A stretch of DNA of 64,000 nucleotides from Eledone cirrhosa. Its lineage: Eukaryota. Positions within the stretch are counted from its first letter, which is position 1. Each line of letters opens with the position of its first letter. Under the pieces are notes generated by a model. That model was not told the origin of the DNA. It was given only the letters and a program-made list of their open reading frames with translations, and did not search any database. Where the stretch lies: the NCBI GenBank assembly GCA_964016885.1, contig OZ024743.1, forward strand, positions 339,698,001 through 339,762,000, in the 5' to 3' direction. The translations under genes were made by a program, and so were the position numbers. Positions 40,192-59,569 of this stretch are shown here, piece by piece.

Positions 40192-40420
40192 TGCTCAGGA
40201 CATGTTATCTCTGTTTGAGAAACTCGAAAAGGATGAGAAAGGTCACATCCAAATGGATGCAGCATGGGAAGCTATGAGAACAATGAACACACCCTCGGGA
40301 CGACCACTCAAAGAAACTGAAATCGAGATGTTTCTGAAGGCCGCATGTGGCGAGGAGAAATTCATTGACTTACAGAAGTTTGTAAGCCTTTTGTGCGGAC
40401 TTAAACTATACAAGGGTTGA
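40192..40420 (+). CDS. EF-hand calmodulin-like protein, exon 3 (EF3 and EF4 degenerate, stop)
   Basis: TTTTTAG acceptor; the phase 2 join gives His (CA+T). AQDMLSLFEKLEKDEKGHIQMD...EIEMFLKAACGEEKFIDLQKFVSLL, TGA at 40418-40420. Confidence 0.9.
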
Positions 40421-40437
40421 TCATGTTTATATAAATG

Positions 40438-40505
<68 letters not shown>

Positions 40506-40617
40506 GCACACATACATACTTATATATGGGCAGTGATAAACATTCCTTTCAACTTCATAATCACTTTCAACTAACATGTGTTGGTTATCATTGCTACCGA
40601 TCGAAAAAAAAGACAAA

Positions 40618-40623
40618 AATAAA
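40618..40623 (+). terminator. Candidate polyadenylation signal of the EF-hand gene
   Basis: First of several AATAAA hexamers ~200 bp after the stop. The A-rich context makes it uncertain. Confidence 0.35.
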
Positions 40624-41068
40624 AAAATAAAAAATAAATAATAATCAAACGGAAGATCAAATAAAACATACTAAAGGTAAACACAAAATAAATTGAAACT
40701 GAATATCCCAGGAACAACGATTTCAATATCATTGGAGTACCACAGCGATCCATCATCTCACCCGCCTCGTTTCCACTTATACCCACGTGACTTTCCCACA
40801 TCTCTACAAAATATACAGACAGTCTCATATGCAAGTGACAGCACATTCACATACTACTGGACAACTACTGATACTGTTGCACAACTTCTGATGCTATTGC
40901 ACAACATCTTCAACTCTACTGAGACCTGACCCCACAACAGATATAAAGTAGCAGCTACGACTGTCTTCTTACAAGAGATAATCAAATACAACCAATCATC
41001 ACACTTAATCACATACACACAAAATACAAAAATACTAGGAGTTACATACAACACCTTTACGATAATTG

Positions 41069-41234
41069 CAGTGCCGGATTTACCATTGTGCTTGAGTGTG
41101 CTTAAGCACAGGGCCCCGTTAGCCAGGGGGACTCATCTTCCTGCAAAAAAAAAATTTACGATAAATTTTTCAAATGTTTGGGGGCCTCATAACTTAACTA
41201 GCACAGGGCCTCATTTGTCCTAAATCCGGTACTG
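41069..41234. mobile_element. hAT-type MITE
   Basis: TIRs CAGTGCCGGATTTA / TAAATCCGGTACTG, degenerate 8-bp TSD GATAATTG/GACATTTG. Confidence 0.8.
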
Positions 41235-42432
41235 GACATTTGCATAGAAGATATAATAAAGAAAACAGTGCACAAACATGATTTTAAAAAGTCACAAGCT
41301 AGCAGGAAGAAATAACGGTAGTATACAAACTGTACATTATATCCATCATGGATTATATTAGTAATACTTCTGTCTCTCTCTCTCCACGAAACTCAATAAA
41401 CTACAAAAAACACAAAACAGTGCACAGCGGATTTTACACAATGAACATATGAACAGGCCATAGTAAGCCGCGTAGAAACTCTCACAGTCCTTGTCACTAC
41501 ATGTAAAACCACCTCCAAACATCCCGACGCATATACAACAACCCGAAGCACTGCTATAACAACATCTCACTCAACCCAGGAAAACGTAAAAATCGCATAA
41601 ATCGACATAACTACAGATTCAACAGCCTCACTGGTATACACAGACATAACTACGGTATCAATAACCTCACCAGTATACAGACATAACTAAAGCATTAATA
41701 GCATACACTGACATAACTATGCCATCAACAGACTCACAGCTTGTACAGGCATACACAAACATACATACAGACACAGGCACACAAACATACATACAGACAC
41801 GCACAGACATCAATAGCTTTACTGGCAAACACAGGCATAAGTACAGTATCAGTAAACTTGTTGGTCTCAAAAACTGTGCTAAGATGCACACCACCAACAA
41901 TATGTGCATAGGTGCAGCCACAATCACGCTCTGGCCGAGGCCAAAATATCCACCTCCACTGTCAGCATACAGAAATTGACAAGACAATGAAGGGAGTTCA
42001 ATATGTTCAGACTGTCACACACACACACACACATATAGTAAGAGGCACGCTAGCAGCCAAAGTGTATAATTGTTTCTACTTTAGGCACAAGGCCAGCAAT
42101 TACCCAGTACATTACTGGTACTTTATTTTATCGACCCCGTAAGGATGAAAGGCAAAGTTAACCTCGGCGGGATCTGTATAAATACAGAGCGTGTAACCGA
42201 GGACTGTATCAAAGTCTCGGTTAGACACTCTCTATTTATGTAGATAATAGTTTATTATATATATATATATATTTTTTTTTTTTGTACATATATATATAAG
42301 GAACGATCGACTTTTGTCAAATCGGACCATGGAAACAATGTTTCCATCGGTCTTGCCAGCTTTCCAGTTGCTAATACTATCTATCGGTCGCAACTCCAGG
42401 TAGAAGGAGCAACGTGAAATAAATTGTCTTGC

Positions 42433-42468
<36 letters not shown>

Positions 42469-42864
42469 TCTAAATATGTAATAGAGATACTACATGCACT
42501 TCACTATACACACACACACACATACATATACTTACATAGATACACCCCACCCCTCATATATATATATACAAACACAAACACACACACACACACTTATATA
42601 TATATATATAAGATGATGTCCACCGAAGGTACAACAATCTCTATCTTTAGCATTGCTCTTCACCAGGACATTGTTTTATCATTTATATTGTCTCTGAAGA
42701 TGTACAATACTTAACGAAGTTTTGTCATATTCAATATATTTCCCTTCTGTTTTTTTTTACTCTAATATATTGTTATAACATTAGTATTATTTATATAGCT
42801 GGCGTTGAAACACTTGTAAAGCTATTAAATAATTCAAGAAATCTATTTTATCATCTTAATTTGT

Positions 42865-42913
<49 letters not shown>

Positions 42914-42973
42914 GTGAGTTTTTTTTTACAAAATGAAAAATAACCGAGGTGTCCTACACGAGTGGAAGTATAA

Positions 42974-43259
42974 AGAAAAAGGGATGAAATCGAAAATGCA
43001 ACTGAAGTCTTATTTTTTTTTTTTTAAATATATATATTTATTTGGTTCCTTTACCGGTTTCGCAGTTCTTCTGCTTTTCAAAAGGTGAGTTGAGATGGAG
43101 GGTCTGTGGTTTTTCTCGAAAAACCATAGACCCTCCATCTCAACTCACCTTTTGAAAAGCAGAAGAACTGCGAAACCGGTAAAGGAACCAAATAAATATA
43201 TATATTTAAAAAAAAAAAAATAAGACTTCAGTTGCATTTTCGATTTCATCCCTTTTTCT
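42974..43259. repeat. 142-bp-arm palindrome carrying mirror-image U3:A8 hammerheads
   Basis: Arms 42974-43115 / 43118-43259, one mismatch. CCTT-TTGAAAA-GCAG/CTGC-GAAA-CCGG-TA-AAGG at 43148-43185 and its mirror at 43048-43085. Confidence 0.93.
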
Positions 43260-43378
43260 ATATATATATATATATATATTTATACATTTATACATTTATA
43301 TGTATACATATATATATATATGTATACATATATATATATATTTATACATTTATATGTATACATATATATATGTATACA

Positions 43379-43415
<37 letters not shown>

Positions 43416-43605
43416 GTATACATATATATATATACATATATATATATATATGTATATATATGTATACATATATATATATAATATATATATATTATATATA
43501 TATTATATATATAATATATATATATTATATATATAATATATATATATATATAATATATTATATATATATATATATAATATATTATATATATATATATATA
43601 TAATA

Positions 43606-43995
43606 TACGATATTAAATAAATGGAAACTATATTTATAAAACCATATTTATTTCATTATATATATTTCAGGGATATCATATTAACAATATGTTATGCCTT
43701 CTTCAGACAAAATACAATATAGACAGTTTTATAAATAAATAGATTTGACATACCGTTCAACATCGACTTGTATTTGGAAAGTTGATTTGGCAGTGAAATC
43801 AAATCAACTGCCAAATCAACTTTCCAAATACAAGTCGATGTTGAACGGTATGTCAAATCTATTTATTTATAAAACTGTCTATATTGTATTTTGTCGGAAG
43901 AAGGCATAACATATTGTTAATATGATATCCCTGAAATATATATAATGAAATAAATATGGTTTTATAAATATAGTTTCCATTTATTTAATATCGTA
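43606..43995. repeat. 189-bp-arm palindrome carrying mirror-image hammerheads
   Basis: Arms 43606-43794 / 43807-43995, 12-nt spacer, one mismatch. CTGAAGA-AGG..CCT-GAAA-TATATA-TA motif at 43649-43714 (-). Confidence 0.93.
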
Positions 43996-44089
43996 AATAT
44001 ACTCTAAATACTTGTTGAGTGCTTTTATATCAGTTATAAATATTTACTAGTTGTAACCCAACAATTTAAATATAACTTTACATATATAT

Positions 44090-48035
<3,946 letters not shown>

Positions 48036-48246
48036 ATGTGTATGTTACATGGCCCATAACAAAGACTTGAAAGACATTAGGCAAACTGGCTGCCGACAAC
48101 TCTATTGTAATAATCTTCCTTTTGAATATTTACTACGAATATATCTTTTTTATATATGTAATTAACAGAAACATCAATGAATTGTTGTTTATGATAAAAT
48201 AACATTTTTTATACTGAATATTAGTTGGTTTTCATTTATTGACGTA

Positions 48247-48595
48247 TTCTCAGGTCTTGTATAAACAACCACACGACCCCACCACCACAACACCCCGCTT
48301 ATTAAATTTTGCTAATCTATCTCCGGCGAAATTTTATTGCAAGTGATTCATATCGATGTAGCAGCTGGAGAATGTAATAATAATTTTATTTTACTTTAAA
48401 AAATCATTATATATGACAAAAAAAAACATTACAAGAAAGCCCATATTTACAAACGTACACTATACAATTACCCCCCCCACCCCCCCCACCCCCCCCCCCC
48501 CCCACCCCCCTCCGCCACTTAGAAGAATTTAAGCAAATGTCCAATCCCCTGCTTATTCTACCCCCACCTCACCCCTATTATTTGGGACCTGAGAG
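48247..48595. mobile_element. TA-flanked MITE with C-rich interior
   Basis: TA-TTCTCAGGTC ... GACCTGAGAG-TA inverted ends. Confidence 0.55.
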
Positions 48596-50099
48596 TATTT
48601 GTTTAATACTTGTTTTGTATTGATTTGTAGCATGAAAGGATTGTTTATTTTAATTTTTTTTCATCTCTTAACATGTCCTCGGATGGTAGATTGACTGAAT
48701 TGTTAGAGCTGAAGAAAAATTGTTTGGCAGCATTTAGACCCTTTATATTCTGAGTTCAAATCTCGCTGAGGTCTACTTTACCTCTCGTCCTTCTTGGGTG
48801 GATAAAACAAAGTGCCAGTCAAGTACTGGGGTCGATTTAATCAACTTTACGCTTTCCTCAAATTTGCTGGCTTTGTGCCTAAATTAGAATTCAATATATT
48901 AACATGTTCTAACACGCCACCCGATATAACACCGATGCTACCTGTTCTATAGATGTCTATAGCAGAACGTTGGAACAGATTCATAATATCTTCTTTGACC
49001 AAATTGATCCTCGGATTTTCAGCCTGAGTGGACATCAGTCACATCACGGAGGGCCTGAACACAGCTCTTTCTTCACTGACTAATTTGTTTTTAAAGCACT
49101 TGTAATTTTTAAGTTGCATTTTGAAGGTTTGTAAGCAAAAACGATCCATGTTACAGAAAACATGGGAACATTTGGAATTCGAAATGTAGTCGTCTCAACG
49201 CAAACGACCATAATAATAGACAGAGGCGCATCTCTATACGTTTTATTTTTCGTCTCCAGGGGTACTTTACCCGATTTTCTCAACTATTATTTATAGTGAT
49301 CTATTATTGTGGTCATTTGCGTTGGGACGATTTCAAATTTTGATCTATCTAATGTTTAGCTCAACATTTACTGACTTAAGTAGAATGGTGAATTGGCAGT
49401 ATCGGTAGAGGGTTGGACGCCATGCTTTCTAGCATAGTTACGTCCCTTTACAGTTTGAGTTCAAATCCCGCCGAGGTTAACTTTGCATTTCATCCTTACG
49501 GGGTCGATAAAATAAAGTACCAGTAATGTACTGGGTAATTTCTGGCCTTGTGCCTAAAGTAGAAACAATTATTTTGTTAGAATAAGAGAAGTCTAATTTT
49601 TCAGGCAATCCTTCTCTCTCTCTCTCTCTCTCGTCAATGAAAAGAAGTACTTGAAACATTCAACGAATTATCATCTTCCTTGCGCAAAATAATGACTCCC
49701 TCTTTGCAAAGATGTTGAACTTACTATTTGAAGACACAGATCATCTCTTGGAGGACATTCTTTTCTCTCTGGAGCTCTTAACTCTTGACAGGATCGTAAG
49801 GGCGTGGTTATGGTGTGCTGTGTTTTGTATTAATCTTCTTCATTTGTCATAGCATCATGCCAGATCTAAACATTTGCCTTTACACTCTTTGATTCTTCAT
49901 AGTTCATGGAAGAGAGTATCAGTGGTACAAAGCCAAATAACATCTTGTCTAGATTAACTCAATCTCTAATCATGTGTAAAAAAAAAAGACAAAAAAAAAC
50001 AAAAAAAAACATAGAGAGCTCATCAACTGAAAGGGGATGTTACAGGGAAGCGGTGCCACCCGGTTATCTGCCTATTGAAATATGACAAGTAACCGAATT

Positions 50100-52680
50100 G
50101 AACTAACATCTCCCCACAGACCCGGCGGACAGAATGGAGAAGGCGTTTCTCCGGAGGGCGGCAAGGGAGACGCGCTGGAAAAGCCACTCCAACTCACGGG
50201 GCTCTCACCTGCGCCTGGTCAGCTCAGCGCCTATGGTGGTGAATAGGGAAGTAGCCCTAGGGCCGAGGACACTAAAAGTCTCCACTGCCAAGGGTACGAC
50301 CGCAAACCTGTCGGAGAGCGACCGGTATTTGAGGAGTTTGGCCTCCTCAGCCCGACGTGCAGCAGAACCTGGGTCAGTCGCATACTGCACCAGGTTGCGG
50401 CTGCAGAAAGTGTCGGTGCAAGTGGCATCCCAGACGAGGGGTTTGCCATCGGGGAACGGGAAGATGTTCATGCTATCTGGCCTTTTGCCGTCCCCTCGGT
50501 CCAGCCCCACCGGCTCGAGCTGGGAAGGGAAGCCTGCAGCGTCCAAGCCATGCTTTATGACCTCGTTGAGGGCAGCAGGGTGTGGAAGGCGGACGGCACT
50601 GTGGCGACAGGAAAGCGGGTGGAGGCCGAAAGAGTCCTTGGTGGATCAACAGCGACATTGGTGTGGCTCGCTGATCCGGAAGCCGAGCCTCAAGGAAACG
50701 CCGATGCGCAGGCTATTGTTGTCTAGCTGCGTGCCAGTGGGGAAGGAGGGCAGAGCATGGAGCCAGGCACCACTGTGGGGTTTGGAGGCCGCACGAAAAC
50801 AGGCAAGGCGGTGTTGGTCGAGCTGGCGTGTGAGCTTGTCTGAAGCCAGGCTGCACTAGATGGCATCCCAAGTGCTTTGGGGGGGACTTGACGTCAGCAG
50901 GGAGAGAAGGAGAAGGGACTATACTGGGCTAAGTCCCAGCCGGTCCCACGTCTCACAGGCAGCCTCATGTTCTCTGAACACAGAGGGTTTTATTGTGTTT
51001 TGGAGAACCCTGCTGACGAGGACGCGGCATGAGGTTACCGACGAAAGAAACGCCGGCAAAGCCAGTGAGATCGGGCACCGGAAGCCAAGGCCGCCATACC
51101 TGACAGGTAAAGTGGCCTGTTGCCATCCAATGTCGTCAAACCTGACGTTGCATATCTCCTCGGCTGCTGCTGCTCGGATACAAATATCGAGGTTAGCGAG
51201 GAGAGATGCGTGGATGTAGCACGGAGCACTGCGAAGGGTATAGAGGAGCTTCGGCATGGCGAAGCAGTTCCGCAACAGAAAGAGAGCTGGGTGGCCGTTG
51301 ATCAAGCGCAGTCGGTTCGTGAGGGTCTAGAGTTGTTGAAGCCTGGACTTGATGGTAGAGCGGATGGCCAGCGGGTGGATCGGTGACCCGAGGATGAGCA
51401 CATCCGCTTTGGGGGTCACCTGTACCTGGTGGAGAATGGACTGCACGTCCGAGACGGAGGCTGCGAAGCTCTCAGCATCGTGGCTGACATTCATCACCTC
51501 CGATTTGGCCGAGTTGACCTGGAGGCCGATTCCCGCCAGGGCAGGAACCACCGATTATAGGTCATGGCAGACAGTCTGTACGGGCTCGCCCAACGTGGAA
51601 TCATCCAGATACCAAACGTTGAGAAGGGCCGTGATACGCCGGGCGATGTGGTCTATACCAAGGGCAAACAAGAGGGGGCCCAAAGAGTCGCCCTGTTGGA
51701 CTCCAGTGGCCGAAGGTATGACCGTATCAGTAGCAAGGAGCATGCTCGGGGCTTCATACGACAGGTAGGCCAGCGGGTAGGCAGAGGGGGCTCGGCTGAG
51801 GCAGGCATCGAGCAGATGGTACCGGTGTAAGCAGTTAAAGGCATTCCTCATGTCAAGCTTGACAATGAGGTGCCTGGAGTCCCTGGATGCTGATTCCGAT
51901 GAGCAGCTGTTGAAGAACTGCCTGGTTGCTTGTGCGGCCCCCTCACAGCCACCGGACACGCTGACACCCAGTTGTACCGGACTGAACTCCTCACCCAGTT
52001 AGGGTGTTATGGACCTGCAGACCACCTTGGCAGCCAACCTCCGGAAGACATTGCCCACGGCGATGGGGCGTATATCACTCTTTTTCTTCCTGAGAGCGGT
52101 GAGGCTAGCCGAAAAAAAAGAGGCCTCGGACGTGAGGGTCCAGGGTGCCATGGATAAGCCTATTGCTGAGTGCCACAATTGCACTCAGAAGGCGGCGTGG
52201 TCGGAGACCATCAGCACCTCCGCGGCTGTTAGCTGGGAAGGACATGATGGCGGACATGATGTCTGCGTCGGAAGCCCCAAGAAACAAGTGGGGATCGGGT
52301 CTGAGATCAGCGAGTGGCTCAGGGTGCTTGAGTCGCCGGGAAGCCAGGACCTCCTCGGTGGATGGGAGGACAGTGTCCTCTGAGGCACCCACTCTGGCCG
52401 AGACATCACCCATGATTAATTTGGCATTTACGCAGTCACACAAACGCTTGGCGCTGGCCTTAAAGGTGGAGGATTGGGGGTACCCGAGGGTGGGGTGTGT
52501 GGCGTCTCTAGGCACGCTTGGAATGGGCGCTTGCTCAACGGACGAAACATTGGCCTTGACGAAGGCTGCTGTGGACCGGCCGCCTCGGTTAGCGCCAAGC
52601 TGGGGAGGCCGAGGGCGAGTGGGGCGAAATAAAAGAGTCGCTCCCGTCTTTGCAAGCCTACTGGATCTTGTTTCCTGGCC
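50100..52680 (-). mobile_element. CRE-clade non-LTR retrotransposon (RT, zinc knuckle, restriction-like endonuclease), 5'-truncated and pseudogenised
   Basis: IRPIAVGNVFRRLAAK, KLDMRNAFN, GVQQGDSLGPLLF, WYLDD, QATLPVRYGGLG, LEPVGLDRGDGKRPD...WDATC...K..KY...PLAVET. Several stops and frameshifts; visibly GC-rich. Confidence 0.92.
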
Positions 52681-53068
52681 ATATCATCTCAGTTTTCTTT
52701 TCTTCGCCGTTGCGAAAAAGTTTTCATTGAAAGCCAATGTAGTGCAGGATAGTTCTGCAGATTTGCATATATGTAGGTTAAGTATGAGATGCTTCATGTA
52801 ATGCGGTAGCATTTTATTTCCAGCGCCTGTATCTTTTTTTCTTTACACATCTGTAGTGAGAATTCCCTCTGTATCATTGCAGTGAGAGTTCCTTTGTATT
52901 TCTGCAGTGAGATTTCATGTTCACATTCTTACATACTTACTCGACAACGAAGGATTCCACCAGTATGAACTATCCTCCAAACTCATGACTACAGTAAATA
53001 GTACTTACTCAATGTAGCTATTGACAACGAGATGTAATGCTCCATTGAGAGTCAAGTGTTTTTATCTA

Positions 53069-54622
<1,554 letters not shown>

Positions 54623-55492
54623 GCAAAGAGATGTAAAGTGAAAAAATTGGCAACAAGAGAATTAGCACGTCAAGGGTAAAAGGAACAGGGAAACTAAGTC
54701 AAGGAAACGATACATTTGCAGGGAAATAGTAAAACATCTAAACTATAATAAAGTAAGGTCTGCGGGACTGCACGCGGTTTATTTCTTTTAATCCAGTTTG
54801 TAAAATAAGTTGGATTACTTTGAATAAATAATTGTTTCTACTTTAGGCACAAGGCCAGCAATTACCAAGTGCATTACTGGTACTTTATTTTATCGACTCC
54901 GTAAGGATGAAAGGCAAAGTCAACCTCGACGGGATTTGAACTCAGATCGTAAAGGGACGTAACTATGCTGGAAAGCATGGCGTCCGACCCTCTACCGATA
55001 CTGCCAATCCACCGCCCATTAATTTGAATAAATAATGAATGAATATTACATAATTTATGTCGTAAATTTCTAAACTAAATTTCGTAAACATAAATAATTT
55101 AAAATTGACTTCTTTTCAAATTTTCATTCACATTTCTACACTTCCGGTATATCGTCGCCACCACCACCACCACTTCCATATATATATAGAACGATAGAGT
55201 GTGTGATGAGAGAGATAGAGAGATTGTGATTTTCTTCACGCTGACGCGTATGAGTGTGCACGTATATGCATCTATATGTATGAGTATATAACTATAATCG
55301 CGCAAACACAAACTTATAAAAATACACGCTCACGGACATTCACGCAAATACACATACATTCACAAATACTTTCACACAAACATACATGCATTCACACATA
55401 TACATTTACACAAACACACACATACAGTCATGATAGCGTCCGGTGAATTGGAAATGGGAGGGTAAAACAAGTTTTATTTATTCATTAACTCT

Positions 55493-55531
<39 letters not shown>

Positions 55532-55593
55532 TTAACTCTTTTTTTTTAAACTCATTTAATATAATAGTTACAGAACGAAAACACTAACAAATA

Positions 55594-55972
55594 TAATTGT
55601 TTTTACTTTTGGCACAAGGCCACCAATTATTCCAGTGTATTACTGGTACTTTATTTTATCGACCCCGTAAGGATGAAAGGCAAAGTTAATCTCGGTGGGA
55701 TTTGAACTCTGATTGTAAAGGGCCGTAACTCTATGCTGCAAAGCATGGCATCGACCCTCTACCGATACTGCCAATCCACCACCCTTTTAATAATTGTTTC
55801 TACTTTTGGCACAAGACCAGCAATTATTCCAGTGCATTACTGGTACTTTATTTTTTGTCCCCGTAAGAATGAAAGGCAAAGTTAACCTCGACGGGATTTG
55901 AACTCAGACCGTAAAGGGACGTAACTATGCTGGAAAGCATGGCGTCCGACCCTCTACCGATACTTCCAATTC
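55594..55972 (-). mobile_element. Two tandem SINE family 1 copies
   Basis: Two consecutive full units. Confidence 0.9.
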
Positions 55973-56079
55973 AATATAATATATACAAAGGAAAGGGAAA
56001 GGAAAAAAAGAAAGAGAAAAAATACACAAGCAGGTAATACACACATCTTAGGCCACAGAACAATATGGTTAAAACGAGC

Positions 56080-56545
56080 CGCTACCAGAGCAAAAGATAG
56101 CAATATAGCGAGGACCACTGGGAAACCTCTCTAATAATTTTGGGGGCAGGCCAGCACGCTCGCAGCGTTATCTGGGGTGATGGCGAGGCTAAGGTGCTGG
56201 AACAATTAAGTGCCTTCACGAGCATCACCAGTTATCTCTGTTTGGCGAGCCGCCAGTGAAGATAAGAATCTCGCTGTCAGTAGCCCGACTCTCCGAAACG
56301 TCTCGAACGCCACAGGCTGGATAATGTAGTTAGCTGACAGAACACGGTATTTTCGTATTTTGTTCCATTCAGCTGCAGATGCTGTAGCTCTCGCCCTTAC
56401 CGCTGCATCCAGAATGTGGGAAGAAACAAAAGAGTCACTAATTGTGACGTCCCAGGAGCACAGAGTAAGACCATCAAGTCTTTTCCCATCAATTCAGGAC
56501 AACCCAGACGGTTCCAAAATTGAGGGGATGTTTTCCCGGGCCAAA
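56080..56545 (-). mobile_element. CRE-clade 3' fragment (endonuclease only)
   Basis: ARENIPSILEPSGLS*IDGKRLDGLT..WDVT...NKIRKY...QPVAFET...LFQHLSLAI. Confidence 0.8.
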
Positions 56546-56757
56546 GCTCTTGAGTGGTAATAGGCCAGTGTGTGCATGTGCGCGCGCGTGAGTTTGTTGG
56601 CATTCTTAAATTAGAGACACGTGTGTGTCACTGTTTTTAGGTTAGACATATATGTGTATATCCCTTTCCTTCCTTTTACACACACATACATTCACACGAA
56701 CACACATACACATTGTGTGATGGACGGGTGGACAGAAGTCCCTCAAATTTATATACA

Positions 56758-56885
56758 TGTGAATGGAGTTCTACTGAAGTAGTTAGAGAAATTCAAGTAT
56801 CTTGGAGCCGAGTGATGGAATGCTGGAGGCTGAATTAAGTGCAAGAATTGCAAAAGCTGATGCAGTAATGCGCCAGCCTCAGCAA
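56758..56885 (+). mobile_element. Short RTE (Expander/Rex3-like) fragment
   Basis: Homologous to 17607-17740. Confidence 0.7.
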
Positions 56886-57087
56886 CATTCATAATTTTCA
56901 GACAAGGGGAGTGCTAAGCTCTGAGGAATACCAACAGTATGAAACAGAGATCTGTCAGCTTATCTCCCTTTGTTTGTTGAAAAAAGAAGTAAGTGACATA
57001 GTCACTACTTTAAAACAATAGCGTAAGGTCTTCAAAATACTTTTAATTAAGCATGCAGTGTATTACCAAATACACTATATATACACT

Positions 57088-57136
57088 CATATATACATCG
57101 CTATTTCAGAGCACTAATTCTAATTTTCAATATATG
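57088..57136 (-). ncRNA. Hammerhead ribozyme motif (U3:A8 variant)
   Basis: Minus strand CATATA-TTGAAAA-TT-AGA..TCT-GAAA-TA-GCGA-TG-TA-TATATG. Confidence 0.6.
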
Positions 57137-57258
57137 TATATGTATATACATTAGATATGTGTATTATATATGTATACACGTGAGTGCAGTCTCAGTTACA
57201 CACGGTGTATTTCTGCAGATATAACTTTATCATACACCTCGGCTGCTAGAGCACTTCT

Positions 57259-57320
<62 letters not shown>

Positions 57321-58714
57321 CTGAGACTGCACTCACGTGTATAAATATATAATACACATATCTAATGTGTAGGCATGCAAACATGCCAGAAGATCTAATT
57401 TCCCTTTAAATTAAAAAAATGATAAACATCTTTAATTGATTTGAGAATACCATGTATTCTCAGCAGTTCCAGTGAGTAGCAGACACGAGAATACACAAAC
57501 TTGATAAAGAGCAAACACTCCGAAACAACCATCGATTGTTTTCTCTCAGCTATCGCTGGAACAAAAAGGTGAAGTTGTTCATCTAGAAAACACACATGGT
57601 GTTTATGAGGTTGCTTGCTTGCAAACAAACCGAATATTAATAATATGATAATGTAATGCACCGGGTAATTTCTGGCCTTGTGTCAAAAGTAGAAATAATT
57701 ATTATAATATTATTATTCACTCACAAATACACACACACATACATATATATATGTATAACTCTACAAAGTTAACTGTCTCTAATACAGTTTATTTCATATA
57801 CATATATATACATATACAGATATATACAGGTTATTCCACTTATGTATATAAACATGCATACACACATACATATATATACCTTAATTTACAACCTTATAAA
57901 GTAATTGTCTCTAATACGTAGGCATCTCAATGAAAGGGCAATATATATTAATAAATTAATAATCTAATAATCCACTCAGAGAAATATCAAAATATATTAA
58001 ATTTAAGCCAAAATCTTACTTTGGTGAGATATAACTCCAATTGGCTAAATAAGGGGGGGGGGGGGGGTAACTTATATAACACCCCAGCAATGGTTTTAAA
58101 CCCTCAAGATACAGCATCTGGAATCACAAGACATTGGAATAACATCAGGAGGCGAATTCTTCATAAGAATAAGGTGTGAGTTCGATTCCTGGACCGGGTG
58201 ATGCGTTATGTCCTTGAGCAAGAGACTTTATTTCACGTTGCTCCTTCTACCTATAGAAAAATCATCATACATACCAATTCACTGTTAGATCTAATATGTG
58301 AACAATGTGCTGTATCATTGAATTGCCGTATGAATATATTCTACCTATGACTACAAAGGTAAAGAAAGCCTTTTCAGCTATCTCTTCTATATGGATGATG
58401 TCGTGTATTGAACTCGTATTGAGTGGTATCTAACAAATGTTGTGTAATTGTTTAATTATTTAATGACAGCCAATCATATCACTATCAAGTGTGCTCGTTT
58501 TTTGCCTATATATTATGCTTCAGCTAAACGGGGGTACACAATTCTATCCAACAGGTTCGAAGTATAGTCTGACGGTTTGATGAGTACACAAGTCTTTCTG
58601 TCGCCACGGAATTACGTACAGTATTATTATTATTATATGCTCGCTTCAGTTGTACAGTTTTTTGTGCTTCATTGTGTCGAAATAGAAATTTATAAATTAC
58701 TGTTCCTCGTTCAA

Positions 58715-59560
58715 TTACCTACGTACATCGGGAAATAAACAAGATACGGCAGATGGTCTTGAGCTCTTCGTTAAAGATGTTAACAAATTACGACTGTTTA
58801 GGATAGTAAAATATTTTAGTGGTGACATTGGCGTTGGTCTTGATAAATGTGAAAAACTGTCCTTGAAAGGCAAAGTAACTGCAAGTTCCAATATAGACGT
58901 GGACATAAACACAAAAATAATAGACATTGATCAAGAGGACACCTACAAATATCTTGACATCTCTGAATGTGTGTGTGTATGGGGGGGGGGGGTTAAGTCC
59001 CACCCAAATGAAGGGAAAAGTCAGAAAAGAATATTATAGACGAATGCGACATACATTTTAAACACAGAGCTCAATTAAAAGAACAGAATATCTGCAATAA
59101 ACAGCTTAGCAGTACCTGTTGTTCAATACAGCTTTAACATAGTAAAATAGACAGTAGAGGATATCAAAAGAATGGATACTTAGACCCATAAACTCTTCAC
59201 ATGTGACCGTATGAACCACCCTAAAGTGAACTTTGAGCGACTCTACCTGCCCAGATCTGAGGGAAGAAGAGTTCTAATTCAATTGGAGCTGTCCTGAGCT
59301 GCACCATTATCTAGAGATAACCAAAGATTGGATGATGCAGACAGTAAAACAGCATGAAGCCAGAAAAAATCTTTACTCTGTGATAAAAGAAAACACCAAA
59401 TATATGCGCGAAATAAATTTAAGTGTATATGTGACAAGAAACTCCTCTTCCACCAACTGTGTCAGCAAAGGTTACAAAAACAAACGCAAAGGAAGTAACT
59501 CTTGAGCAGGTGAAGAAAAAATGGCAAAATAAGCCACTACATGGCTAGTACTTGACTCAA
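58715..59560 (+). mobile_element. R4/Dong-clade LINE RT/thumb fragment, decayed; a matching 3' end lies at ~59960-60170
   Basis: FSGDIGVGLDKC, TYKYL, KVRKEYYRRMR, AINSLAVPVVQYSF, MNHPKVNFERLYLPRSEG, KWQNKPLHG; later TTRILRKVL. Confidence 0.8.
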
Positions 59561-59569
59561 ATAATAATG

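Noticed and set aside
48471-48516. G-quadruplex-like tract on the minus strand
   Set aside because: It is a low-complexity homopolymer inside a MITE, with no evidence of function.
49630-49970. Possible Tc1/mariner remnant (ends LLFIDE on the minus strand)
   Set aside because: One weak motif, many stops and no TIRs found.
50134-50859. 241-aa plus-strand ORF, and the 218-aa ORF at 52145-52801
   Set aside because: Antisense shadows of the GC-rich minus-strand CRE element.
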